DNA of 64,000 nt from Eledone cirrhosa (Eukaryota), in contig OZ024742.1 in assembly GCA_964016885.1 (NCBI GenBank), forward strand, positions 18,476,001-18,540,000, in the 5' to 3' direction. Both the position numbers and the translations under genes were made by a program. The first letter of the stretch is position 1. Every line of letters begins with the position of its first letter. Below the pieces are notes generated by a model. That model worked only from the letters and a program-made list of their open reading frames with translations. It made no database searches and was not told the origin of the DNA. Shown piece after piece: positions 14,801 to 25,125 of this stretch.

Positions 14801-16410
14801 ACAGTAGAGACGATGGGTTACGACTTACTACGTCTCTTGACAGTAGAGACGAAGGGTTGCGACTTACTACGTCTCTTGACAATAGAGACGAAGGGTTACG
14901 ACTTACTACGTCTCTTGACAGTAGAGACGAAGGGTTGCGACTTACTACGTCTCTTGACAGTAGAGACGAAGGGTTCCGGCTTACTACGTCTCTTGACAGT
15001 AGAGACGAAGGGTTGCGACTTACTACGTCTCTTGACAGTAGAGACGAAGGGTTACGACTTACTACGTCTCTTGACAATAGAGACGAAGGGTTGCGACCTA
15101 CTACGTCTCTTGACAATAGAGACGAAGGGTTGCGACTTACTACGTCTCTTGACAATGGAGACGAAGGGTTGCGACTTACTACGTCTCTTGTAATGGAGAC
15201 GAAGGGTTGCGACTTACTACGTCTCTTGACAATGGAGACGAAGTGTTACGGCTTACTACGTCTTTTGACAGTAGAGACGAAGGGTTGCGACTTACTACGT
15301 CTCTTGACAATAGAGACGAAGGTTGCGACTTACTACGTCTCTTGACAGTAGAGACGAACGGTTGCGACTTACTACGTCTCTTGACAATAGAGACGAAGGG
15401 TTACGACTTACTACGTCTCTTGACAGTAGAGCCGAAGGGTTGCGACTTACTACGTCTCTTGACAGTAGAGACGAAGTGTTGCGACTTACTACGTCTCTTG
15501 ACAATAGAGACGAAGGGTTACGACTTACTACGTCTCTTGACAATAGAGACGAAGGGTTACGACTTACTACGTCTCTTGACAATAGAGACGAAGGTTTACG
15601 ACTTACTACGTCTCTTGACACTAGAGCCGAAGGGTTGCCACTTACTACGTCTCTTGACAATAGAGACGAAGGGTTGCGACTTACTACGTCTCTTGACAGT
15701 AGAGACGAAGGGTTACGACTTACTACGTCTCTTGACAATAGAGACGAAGGGTTGCGACCTACTACGTCTCTTGACAATAGAGACGAAAGGTTGCGACTTA
15801 CTACGTCTCTTGACAAAGGAGACGAATGGTTGCGACTTACTACGTCTCTTGTAATGGAGACGAAGGGTTGCGACTTACTACGTCTCTTGACAATGGAGAC
15901 GAAGGGTTACTACCTACTACGTCTCTTGACAATAGAGACGAAGGATGCGACTTACTACGTCTCTTGACAATAGAGACGAAGGGTTGCGACTTACTACGTC
16001 TCTTGACAGTAGAGACGAAGGGTTGCGACTTACTACGTCTCTTGACAGTAGAGACGAAGGGTTACGACTTACTACGTCTCTTGACAATAGAGACGAAGGG
16101 TTGCGACCTACTACGTCTCTTGACAATAGAGACGAAGGGTTGCGACTTACTACATCTCTTGACAATGGAGACGAAGGGTTGCGACTTACTACATCTCTTG
16201 TAATGGAGACGAAGGGTTGCGACTTACTCCATCTCTTGACAATGGAGACGAAGGGTTACGACTTACTACGTCTTTTGACAATAGAGACGAAGGGTTGCGA
16301 CTTACTACGTCTCCTGACAATAGAGACGAAGGGTTGCGACTTACTACGTCTCTTGATAGTAGAGACGAAGGGTTACGACTTACTACGTTTCTTGACAGTA
16401 TAGCCGAAGG
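11872..16410 (+). repeat. Long-range duplicate of ~1-4540 within the 39-bp array (offset 11871)
   Basis: ORF pairs 138/12009, 704/12575, 1465/13336, 3336/15207 and 4074/15945 are all offset by 11871 and share rare variants such as GAGATGAAG...CTTTTTGAC. Confidence 0.93.
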
Positions 16411-19400
16411 GTTGCGACTTACTACGTCTCTTGACAGTAGAGACGAAGTGTTGCGACTTACTACGTCTCTTGACAATAGAGACGAAGGGTTACGACTTAC
16501 TACGTCTCTTGGCAATAGAGACGAAGGGTTACGACTTACTACGTCTCTTGACAATAGAGACGAAAGTTTACGACTTACTACGTCTCTTGACAGTAGAGCC
16601 GAAGGGTTGCGACTTACTACGTCTCTTGACAATAGAGACGAAGGGTTGCGACCTACTACGTCTCTTGACAATAGAGACGAAGGGTTGCGACTTACTACGT
16701 CTCTTGACAATAGAGACGAAGATTTGCGACTTACTACGTCTCTTGACAATAGAGACGAAGGGTTGCGACTTACTACGTCTCTTGACAATAGAGACGAAGG
16801 GTTGCGACTTACTACGTCTCTTGACAGTAGAGACGAAGGGTTACGACTTACTACGTCTTTTGACAGTAGAGACGAAGGGTTGCGACTTACTACGTCTCTT
16901 GACAGTAGAGACGAAGGGTTGCGACTTACTACGTCTCTTGACAGTAGAGACGAAGGGTTACGACTTACTACGTCTCTCGACAATAGAGACGAAGGGTTGC
17001 GACCTACTACGTCTCCTGACAATAGAGACGAAGGGTTGCGACTTACTACGTCTCTTGACAATAGAGACGAAGGGTTGCGACTTACTACGTCTCTTGACAA
17101 TGGAGACGAAGGGTTACGACTTACTACGTCTCTTGACAATAGAGACGAAGGGTTGCGACTTACTACGTCTCTTGTAATGGAGACGAAGGGTTGCGACTTA
17201 CTACGTCTCTTGACAATGGAGACGAAGGGTTACGACTTACTACGTCTCTTGACAATAGAGACGAAGGGTTGCGACTTACTACGTCTCTTGACAATGGAGA
17301 CGAAGGGTTACGACTTACTACGTCTCTTGACAATAGAGACAAAGGGTTACGACTTACTACGTCTCTTGACAATAGAGACGAAGGGTTACGACTTACTACG
17401 TCTCTTGACAATGGAGACGAAGGGTTGCGACCTACTACGTCTCTTGACAATAGAGACGAAGGGTTGCGACTTACTACGTCTCTTGACAATGGAGACGAAG
17501 GGTTGCGACTTACTACGTCTCTTGACAATAGAGACGAAGGGTTGCGACTTACTACGTCTCTTGTCAATGGAGACGAAGGGTTGCGACTTACTACGTCTCT
17601 TGACAATAGAGACGAAGGGTTGCGACTTACTACGTCTCTTGACAATAGAGACGAAGGGTTACGACTTACTACGTCTCTTTACAATAGAGACGAAGGGTTG
17701 CGACTTACTACGTCTCTTGTCAATGGAGACGAAGGGTTGCGACTTACTACGTCTCTTGACAGTAGAGACGAAGGGTTACGACTTACTACGTCTCTTGACA
17801 GTAGAGACGAAGGGTTACGACTTACTACGTCTCATGACAGTAGAGACGAACGGTTGCGACTTACTACGTCTCTTGACAATAGAGACGAAGGGTTGCGACT
17901 TACTACGTCTCTTGACAGTAGAGACGATGGGTTACGACTTACTACGTCTCTTGACAGTAGAGACGAAGGGTTGCGACTTACTACGTCTCTTGACAATAGA
18001 GACGAAGGGTTACGACTTACTACGTCTCTTGACAGTAGAGACGAAGGGTTGCGACTTACTACGTCTCTTGACAGTAGAGACGATGGGTTAAGACTTACTA
18101 CGTCTCTTGACAGTAGAGACGAAGGGTTGCGACTTACTACGTCTCTTGACAGTAGAGACGAAGGGTTACGACTTACTACGTCTCTTGACAGTAGAGACGA
18201 AGGGTTGCGACTTACTACGTCTCTTGACAGTAGAGACGAAGGGTTGCGACTTACTACATCTCTTGACAGTAGAGACGAAGTGTTGCGATTTACTACGTCT
18301 TTTGACAGTAGAGACGAAGGGTTGCGACTTACTACGTCTCTTGACAATAGAGACGAAGGGTTGCGACTTACTACGTCTCTTGACAGTAGAGACGAAGGAT
18401 TGCGACTTACTACGTCTTTTGACAGTAGAGACGAAGGGTTGCGACTTACTACGTCTCTTGACAATAGAGACGAAGGGTTGCGACTTACTACGTCTCTTGA
18501 CAGTAGAGACGGAGGGTTGCGACTTACTACGTCTCTTGACAGTAGAGACGTAGGGTTACGACTTACTACGTCTCTTGACAATAGAGACGAAGGGTTGCGA
18601 CCTACTACGTCTCTTGACAATAGAGACGAAGGGTTGCGACTTACTACGTCTCTTGACAATGGAGACGAAGGGTTGCGACTTACTACGTCTCTTGTAATGG
18701 AGACGAAGGGTTGCGACTTACTACGTCTCTTGACAATGGAGACGAAGGGTTACGACTTACTACGTCTTTTGACAGTAGAGACGAAGGGTTGCGACTTACT
18801 ACGTCTCTTGACAATAGAGACGAAGGGTTGCGACTTACTACGTCTCTTGACAGTAGAGACGAAGGGTTACGACTTACTACGTCTCTTGACAATAGAGACG
18901 AAGGGTTGCGACCTACTACGTCTCTTGACAATAGAGACGAAAGGTTGCGACTTACTACGTCTCTTGACCATGGAGACGAATGGTTGTGACTTACTACGTC
19001 TCTTGTAATGGAGACGAAGGGTTGCGACTTACTACGTCTCTTGACAATGGAGACGAAGGGTTACGACTTACTACGTCTCTTGACAATAGAGACGAAGGGT
19101 TACGACTTACTACGTCTCTTGACAATAGAGACGAAGGGTTACGACTTACTACGTCTCTTGACAATAGAGACGAAGGATTGCGACTTACTAAGTCTCTTGA
19201 CAATAGAGACGAAGGGTTGCGACTTACTACGTCTCTTGACAGTAGAGACGAATGGTTGCGACTTTCTACGTCTCTTGACAATAGAGACGAAGGGTTACGA
19301 CTTACTACGTCTCTTGACAATAGAGACGAAGGGTTACGACTTACTACGTCTCTTGACAATAGAGACGAAGGGTTACGACTTACTACGTCTCTTGACAATA

Positions 19401-20548
19401 GAGACGAAGGATTGCGACTTACTACGTCTCTTGACAATAGAGACGAAGGGTTACGACTTACTACGTCTCTTGACAATAGAGACGAAGGGTTACGACTTAC
19501 TACGTCTCTTGACAATAGAGACGAAGGATTGCGACTTACTACGTCTCTTGACAATAGAGACGAAGGGTTGCGACTTACTACGTCTCTTGACAGTAGAGAC
19601 GAATGGTTGCGACTTTCTACGTCTCTTGACAATAGAGACGAAGGGTTACGACTTACTACGTCTCTTGACAGTAGAGACGAAGGGTTGCGACTTACTACGT
19701 CTCTTGTCAGTGGAGACGAAGGGTTGCGACTTACTACGTCTCTTGACAGTAGAGACGAAGGGTTGCGACTTACTACGTCTCTTGACAATAGAGACAAAGG
19801 GTTACGACTTACTACGTCTCTTGACAATAGAGACGAAGGGTTACGACTTACTACGTCTCTTGACAGTAGAGACGAAGGGTTGCGACTTACTACGTCTCTT
19901 GTCAATGGAGACGAAGGGTTGCGACTTACTACGTCTCTTGACAATAGAGACGAAGTGTTGCGACTTACTACGTCTCTTGACAATAGAGACGAAGGGTTAC
20001 GACTTACTACGTCTCTTGACAATAGAGACGAAGGGTTACGACTTACTACGTCTCTTGACAATAGAGACGAAGGTTTACGACTTACTACGTCTCTTGACAG
20101 TAGAGCCGAAGGGTTCCGACTTACTACGTCTCTTGACAATAGAGACGAAGGGTTGCGACTTACTACGTCTCTTGACAGTAGAGACGAAGGGTTACGACTT
20201 ACTACGTCTCTTGACAATAGAGACGAAGGGTTGCGACTTACTACGTCTCTTGACAATGGAGACGATGTGTTGCGACTTACTACGTCTCTTGTCAATGGAG
20301 ACGAAGGGTTGCGACTTACTACGTCTCTTGACAATAGAGACGAAGGGTTGCGACTTACTACGTCTCTTGACAATGGAGACGAAGGGTTGCGACTTACTAC
20401 GTCTCTTGTCAATGGAGACGAAGGGTTGCGACTTACTACGTCTCTTGACAATAGAGACGAAGGGTTGCGACTTACTACGTCTCTTGACAATAGAGACGAA
20501 GGGTTGCGACTTACTACGTCTCTTGACAGTAGAGACGAAGGGTTACGA

Positions 20549-21162
20549 AAAGCCGATAACAGCCACTGAAAAACGGGAAGCGATTGGTAACTGCACAAGG
20601 GGGAAAGTGCCTGGTTTGGATGGTTTGACCTACGAACTTTACACTTTATCTGCAAGTCTTGTTCGGCAACTTCCTGTCACTCAGTTTTGGGAGCCAAGGA
20701 GAGTTGGCATTGCTTAGAATGACCTGAAAAATGGGATCACATTGATAATTTCCGGTCCCAAATTCCTGAACGTAGAGTTCAAGATTTTGGACAATGTGTT
20801 AATGAAGAATTTAACGTCTGTCCTCGATACTGTAATTGGTGATGCACAGAAAGACGCCATCTTTTCATGACACCCTCCAACTCATGTGATATATCAAAGG
20901 AAGGGTGAGTAAATAACACGGCATAGGTAGGGCTCTGATCAAATTAAACTAATTGAAAGCCTCCGACAGGGTCAACCATGAATTACTTGGTGGCTGTCCC
21001 CTGATCAGCCGTTTTCAGTCCCGTCTTCATAGGCTGGATCTTTCAGTATAGAGCAATGCCTACTTAGTAGTGAGAGCAAATGACCACCTATAACAACCGT
21101 TCCATATCATGTGCGCGGTCCGTCTAAGTTGCCCCTCTCATCTCTTTTGTATATACTGGTTT
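20549..21162 (+). pseudogene. Decayed non-LTR retrotransposon (L1/Tx1-like) ORF2 reverse-transcriptase fragment
   Basis: Ordered motifs with frameshifts and stops: EKPITATEKREAIGNCTRGKVPGLDGLTYELY (cf. PIT..E...A....GKSPGxDG.P.EFY); IDNFR / FLNVEFKILDNVL..L..V...I...Q (cf. NWRPISLLNxDYKIL); ALIKLN*LKASDRVNH (cf. LD..KAFDRV.H); FSPVFIGWI; VRANDHL*QPF...VRLSCP/LSSLLYILV (cf. GVRQGCPLSPLLF). The remnant is truncated before the YADD motif. Confidence 0.9.
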
Positions 21163-21200
21163 GTTACACACTGTTGCGTTAAACCTCCCTGAGAATTACG

Positions 21201-21660
21201 TTAACCCTTTAGCATTTAAAGTGGAGGCACGTGGCCTAGTGGTAAGGGTGTTGGACTTACGATCATAAGGTCGTGGGCTCGATTCCTGGGTTGCGTGTTG
21301 TGTTCTTGAGCAAAACACTTCATTTCACGTTGCTCCAGTATACTCAGCTGAAAATGGATACCAGCAATAGCTGGAGGTTTAACCCTGCGATGGACTGGCG
21401 TCCTGTCCAGGGGGGAGTCTTGTACTCTCAGTCGCTTCACGCCATGAAACCGGGATAAGCACCGGCCAAAAATGAGCCTTCTGGCTTAAGACAGACTTTT
21501 TTTTTAGTATTTAAATCGGCCATATCCGGCCAGAATGTTCTCACCTCTTTCTGTTCAAACTGGCTGTAACCGGCCACTCATACTTATGTTAAGGTATTGT
21601 TCTCAAAATATATAATATGAAAATCTCAGAGATTCGATATTATGTGAGATAATTATGTAA
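21201..21660 (+). mobile_element. Partial TTAA-CCC-terminated non-autonomous DNA element (piggyBac-like), interrupted by a SINE
   Basis: Starts TTAACCCTTTAGCATTTAAA and resumes after the SINE as TCGGCCATATCCGGCCAGAAT...GTTCAAACTGGC. TTAA followed by CCC is the piggyBac end signature. No matching right end (GGGTTAA) is seen, so the right boundary is approximate. Family assignment is from recall. Confidence 0.5.
21221..21505 (+). mobile_element. Full-length tRNA-derived SINE (CORE-like central domain) with 13-bp TSD
   Basis: Pol III A box TGGCCTAGTGG (21232-21242) and B box GGCTCGATTCC (21276-21286). Central TTGTGTTCTTGAGCAAAACACTT and a T-rich tail. Flanked by TTTAGCATTTAAA (21208-21220) and TTTAGTATTTAAA (21503-21515). 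Confidence 0.9.
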
Positions 21661-21957
21661 GATTAAGCCTTTACCGGAGGGGGGGGGGGCACTTCAGAGA
21701 GGAGGACGGTAGGGTAGACGGTAGGGGAGACGTGCTGGAACAGCCACTCCATCTATGCCAACTTAGCTCCGATAGCATTGAGTAGGGATTTGGTCTCGAG
21801 GCCAGGAACGCCGGATGTCTCCACATGTGTAATCATTTACACATTAATTTGCCGAGCTGGCTGTTCTATTCATTGATGTCCATTCCATTCCACAGAATAG
21901 TTGCCACTAAAAGACAGTGAAATATTTCATGGGAATGGGTTTGGAACCTAATAATTG

Positions 21958-22137
21958 TTTCTACTTTTTGGCACAAGGCCAGCAATTAATACAGGGCATT
22001 AGTGGTACTTTATTTTATCGATCCCGTAAGGACGAAAGGCAAAGTTAACCACGGCGGGATTTGAACTCAGACCGTAAAGAGGCGTAACTCTATGCTACAA
22101 AGCATGGCGTCTGACCCTCTACCGATACTGCCAATCT
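21958..22137 (-). mobile_element. Degenerate tRNA-derived SINE, second family (octopus-type)
   Basis: The minus strand reads TTGGCAGTATCGGTAG...CTGAGTTCAAATCCCGCCGTGGTTAACTTTGCCTTTCGTCCTTACGGGATCGATAAAATAAAGTACCA...GGCCTTGTGCC. The B box is GAGTTCAAATCC. It is homologous to 24289-24442. Confidence 0.8.
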
Positions 22138-22159
22138 AGTGTTCATTGAACTAGAAAAG

Positions 22160-22229
22160 AGGCGGCGAATTGGCAGAGTCATTAGAACATTGGATAGAAT
22201 ACTTTGTAGTATTTATTCCAACGTGCTGA
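22160..22229 (+). mobile_element. 5' half of a split SINE (second family)
   Basis: GGCGGCGAATTGGCAGAGTCATTAGAACAT shares AATTGGCAGAGTCATTAGAACAT exactly with the copy at ~24293-24315. Confidence 0.7.
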
Positions 22230-23055
22230 AACCCAGGCGTATGTCGTCTCATGGTTCCAGTGGTCCTGTAACCGGCATAGGTTAAGAATAACGTCCGCGA
22301 AAATGAAAGTGAATTTTCTGACAAGTGAATGTGTTTTTTTTTTTTTTACAATGAAAGTTACGATACAGTTTGTTTATTTACAACAGGTCTCTATAGTGAT
22401 ATGGTGTTAATTAGTATTGCGTGTGTGATTATTTTCTCTTATATATATATGTGTGGGTGTGTATATGTGTGTATATATATGTGTGTCTGTATGTATATAT
22501 ATATATATGTGTGTGTTTGTATATATATATATGTGTTTGTGTCATCATCATCGTTTAGATGTTTTTACCCAAATCCCTTATCATTCTCTGTCCTTCTTAT
22601 GACCCGGCCTTAATTTGTTTATAGTTGGTGCCAACTTTGGCAAGATATTACAAAAACATCTAAACGATGATGATGACACAAACACATATATATATACAAA
22701 CACACATATATATATACATACAGACACACATATACACACCCACACATATATATATATGAGAAAATAATCACACACGCAATACTAATTAACACCATATCAC
22801 TATAGAGACCTGTTGTAAATAAACAAAGAGTGTATCGTAACTTTCATTGTAAAAAAACAAACAAACACATTCACTTGTCAGAAAATTCACTTTCATTTTC
22901 GCGGACGTTATTCTTAACCTATGCCCCTGTAACCTATGAGGCCGCCGTATTGACATACGGCGTTTCTAGGTCAATTTAAAACCTGGTGAAACTGATCTCA
23001 TGTCCAGGCCTGAGTACAGCAGATTTCTTCCAGAGAAAGATAGAGAGTGAGAGAA
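22223..23055 (-). repeat. Unclassified repeat X, inverted copy, host of the foldback insertion
   Basis: With the foldback removed, the reverse complement aligns to 24443-24662 (TCTCTGGAAGAAATCTGCTGTA.TCAGGCCTGGA; CCTAGAAACG; GTCAATACGGCG; CATGAGACG.CATA.GCCT.GG.TT..GCAC). Confidence 0.8.
22274..22925. mobile_element. Non-autonomous foldback (Mutator/MULE-like) element: ~280-290-bp terminal inverted repeats, 85-bp spacer, 9-bp TSD
   Basis: Arms 22274-22566 and 22652-22925 are reverse complements (GGCATAGGTTAAGAATAACGTCCGCG.../...CGCGGACGTTATTCTTAACCTATGCC). An exact direct repeat CCTGTAACC lies at 22265-22273 and 22926-22934. Confidence 0.92.
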
Positions 23056-23310
23056 CAGAAGTTGGAAAGGTTTGGATTTAGACCGGGGGGGGGGGGGGGC
23101 ACTTCAGATTTTGGCAGCTCCTCATACACGAAAAAATTAGAATACTCAGCAAAGTTAGCTGGGTGCAAGTAATTGGAATTGAAACATTATAAATACAGGT
23201 GTTAAATCAAAAATTCTAACCATCCTAAAACTAAAAAGCCCAGCTGAGGTCACAAATAAATTGCTATGGCCGTCGCTGGTGGAGCCCCCTCCCCTGCAAG
23301 GGGCCCGGGG

Positions 23311-23375
23311 CAAATCTCGCCGAGGTCAAGGTCAACTTTACCTTTTTCTCCTTCGAACTCGATAAAAACTATCAG
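23311..23375 (+). mobile_element. 3' part of the split SINE (second family)
   Basis: CAAATCTCGCCGAGGTCAAGGTCAACTTTACCTTTT...TCGATAAAA continues the SINE from where 22160-22229 stops, judged against the intact copies at 21958-22137 and 24289-24442. Confidence 0.65.
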
Positions 23376-23382
23376 AAAATTC

Positions 23383-23401
23383 TTCTCTCTCTCTCTCTCC
23401 C

Positions 23402-23432
<31 letters not shown>

Positions 23433-23535
23433 CTCTTTCTCTCTCATTTCCAGGAAGAAATCAGCCGTGTTCAGAGAGGATGGGCTCCATCAGGTTATAA
23501 TGTTCCTACAACTCCATCAAGAGTTACGGGTCCAT
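23383..23535 (+). repeat. (TC)n/(CA)n tract followed by a diverged copy of repeat X
   Basis: GGAAGAAATCAGCCGTGTTCAG..AGAGGATGGGCTCCATCAGGTT resembles 24489-24541. Confidence 0.7.
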
Positions 23536-24288
23536 ACATAAGGGCAGTCACGGAAAAAAATGAATTTCCCCCATGTTTAAAATGCGCAAGTCTATCACAT
23601 CGGCGCTCCTCTGATTTTATCAGGAGTTGAGGGCTCAAAGAAGAAAATAAGGCAGGAAGGAAGGAATGAAAATGTAACCGTAGATCTATTCACATTTTTT
23701 TTTATTATCGATTTATTGGACAAAAGTTTCCTTGAAAACTATATCATTGCTTATTTCATTACTAACATACTCCATAAAAAAAGGAGTGTCGTTGGTAACC
23801 AAGGTGTGTATCCTTGGTAACCAGTATTCCCTCGTAGATTTTATTACAAACTAAATAGTAAATATTTGATTCTTTCCTATTGAGTCAAGAATAACCGGTT
23901 TCTCAGCTGGAGCTTGCTTGCTTTCATATGTAAAGTAAATTGTTAATTAACCAATTAAGACTTTCAACCATTCTCTCTAATTCATTTGTAAGTTGTAGCT
24001 TTGAAATCTATTTTATTGCTACAAATATCTAACTACAAAATACTGTTTACAGAGGAATGAATACAAATCTGCTGAAGTATCAATGGCTTTCCGATAGCTT
24101 TGTTATTGAACCTTCTCCGACAGAGTCTTCTAGCTTTCTGGGTCCCTGAACTGAGCCACATCCCTACATGGTGCTATCGAGATGGAGAGGGTCACCCATA
24201 GAATTAAGCCACATGAGTTAGAAAGGTATTTTCAACGTGTCTCCATCGCCACCAGCCGGGGTAACGTTTTCTCTAGTCTGTGCCCTCA

Positions 24289-24442
24289 GCCAATTGGCAG
24301 AGTCATTAGAACATCAGATAGAATGCTTTGAGGTATTCGTTTGGGCTTTCTGTTATCTGAGTTCAAATCTTACCGAAGTCAACTTAGCCTTTCACCCATT
24401 CAAGGGCGAGAAAAAAGTACCAGTCAAGTATTGGTGTCGATT
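24289..24442 (+). mobile_element. tRNA-derived SINE (second family), 3'-truncated
   Basis: A-box-like TGGCAGAGTCATT, B box GAGTTCAAATC, then GTCAACTTAGCCTTTCACCC...AAGTACCAGTCAAGTATTGGTGTCGATT. Confidence 0.8.
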
Positions 24443-24662
24443 CTTCCTCTATATCTCTTTCTCTTTCTCTCTATATATATCCTTCTCTGGAAGAAATCTG
24501 CTGTATTCAGGCCTGGAGAGGAGATGGGCTCTGTCAGGTTTAGAAAATATCCTAGAAACGTCAATACGGCGCCCCTACAATTCCCTCAGGATTTACAAGA
24601 CCATGCATGCATACATTTTATCTGCAAGAAGCATGAGACGGCATAGGCCTAGGGTTCTGCAC
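24443..24662 (+). repeat. (TC)-rich tract plus repeat X
   Basis: Homologous to 22223-23055 (inverted) and 23383-23535 (direct). Confidence 0.8.
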
Positions 24663-25029
24663 TCCGGAAAGACAGAATAAATCAACAGGAGGGCATAGCA
24701 AGCTTTTATCGACTAGTTTGTACTGTTAATGTTAATCAGTACAGACACACGTACACTACATTCACAAGACACTACTACGCTAAAGCTTCCCCGCAGAAAG
24801 TGTATATACAAACATGAATTCAATATTTACTTCCCCACAAAATTTCGTCATGTCTTATATTATTCCAATAACTATAAAGATGAATGCTAAGCATACATAG
24901 CTGTCACCAACGTACACACACGTCTATATAGACAAAGTTAGTGCAAGCTATATGGTGTCCAGTCAGTGTATTATCAATGGCAAAGGAACTTTCTATCACA
25001 GTGTCATCATTAATATCTCACTATTTTAA

Positions 25030-25071
25030 CGTACTAAGAGTGAGAAATGACATTTCGTTTCATTCTATTCC

Positions 25072-25125
<54 letters not shown>

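Larger units (their letters stand above)
1..20548 (+). repeat. 39-bp tandem satellite (~527 monomers; continues beyond the left window edge)
   Basis: Consensus GACTTACTACGTCTCTTGACA(A/G)T(A/G)GAGACGAAGGGTT(G/A)C repeated head-to-tail without spacers. Occasional 38-bp variants occur (CTTGTAAT, GAAGGTTG, GAAGGATG). The array ends abruptly at ...GGTTACGA|AAAGCCG (20548). Confidence 0.99.

Noticed and set aside
1-20548. CRISPR array (39-bp repeat with internal hairpin)
   Set aside because: Monomers are head-to-tail with no unique spacers, there is no leader or cas gene, and the context is eukaryotic.
1-20548. Synthetic construct (paired BsmBI sites CGTCTC/GAGACG in each monomer)
   Set aside because: The sites are just the hairpin stem. 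Natural variant structure and continuity with a decayed LINE argue for a genomic origin.
64-20717. Long repeat-protein ORFs (up to 669 aa)
   Set aside because: They are open in three frames simply because the monomer is a stop-free 39-mer, and frequent 1-bp deletions switch frames, showing no coding constraint.
21223-21295. tRNA gene
   Set aside because: The A/B boxes continue into a SINE body and tail with a TSD, and no convincing acceptor stem is present.
22943-22970. Helitron 3' end or intrinsic terminator (CGCCGTAT-TGAC-ATACGGCG then TTTCTAG)
   Set aside because: Spacing to CTAG is too short, homology to repeat X continues past it, and the other X copy lacks one arm.
23789-23825. Twin TTGGTAACCA motifs as RFX-like regulatory sites
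   Set aside because: There is no associated gene or promoter evidence, and the motif is too short to support a call.
24237-24680. 147-aa ORF as a gene
   Set aside because: It is made of SINE, TC tract and repeat X sequence and has no recognisable domain.
24705-24750. Hammerhead relic on the minus strand (GTACTG..CAGTAC-AAACTAGTC)
   Set aside because: Both the CUGANGA and GAAA cores are incomplete.
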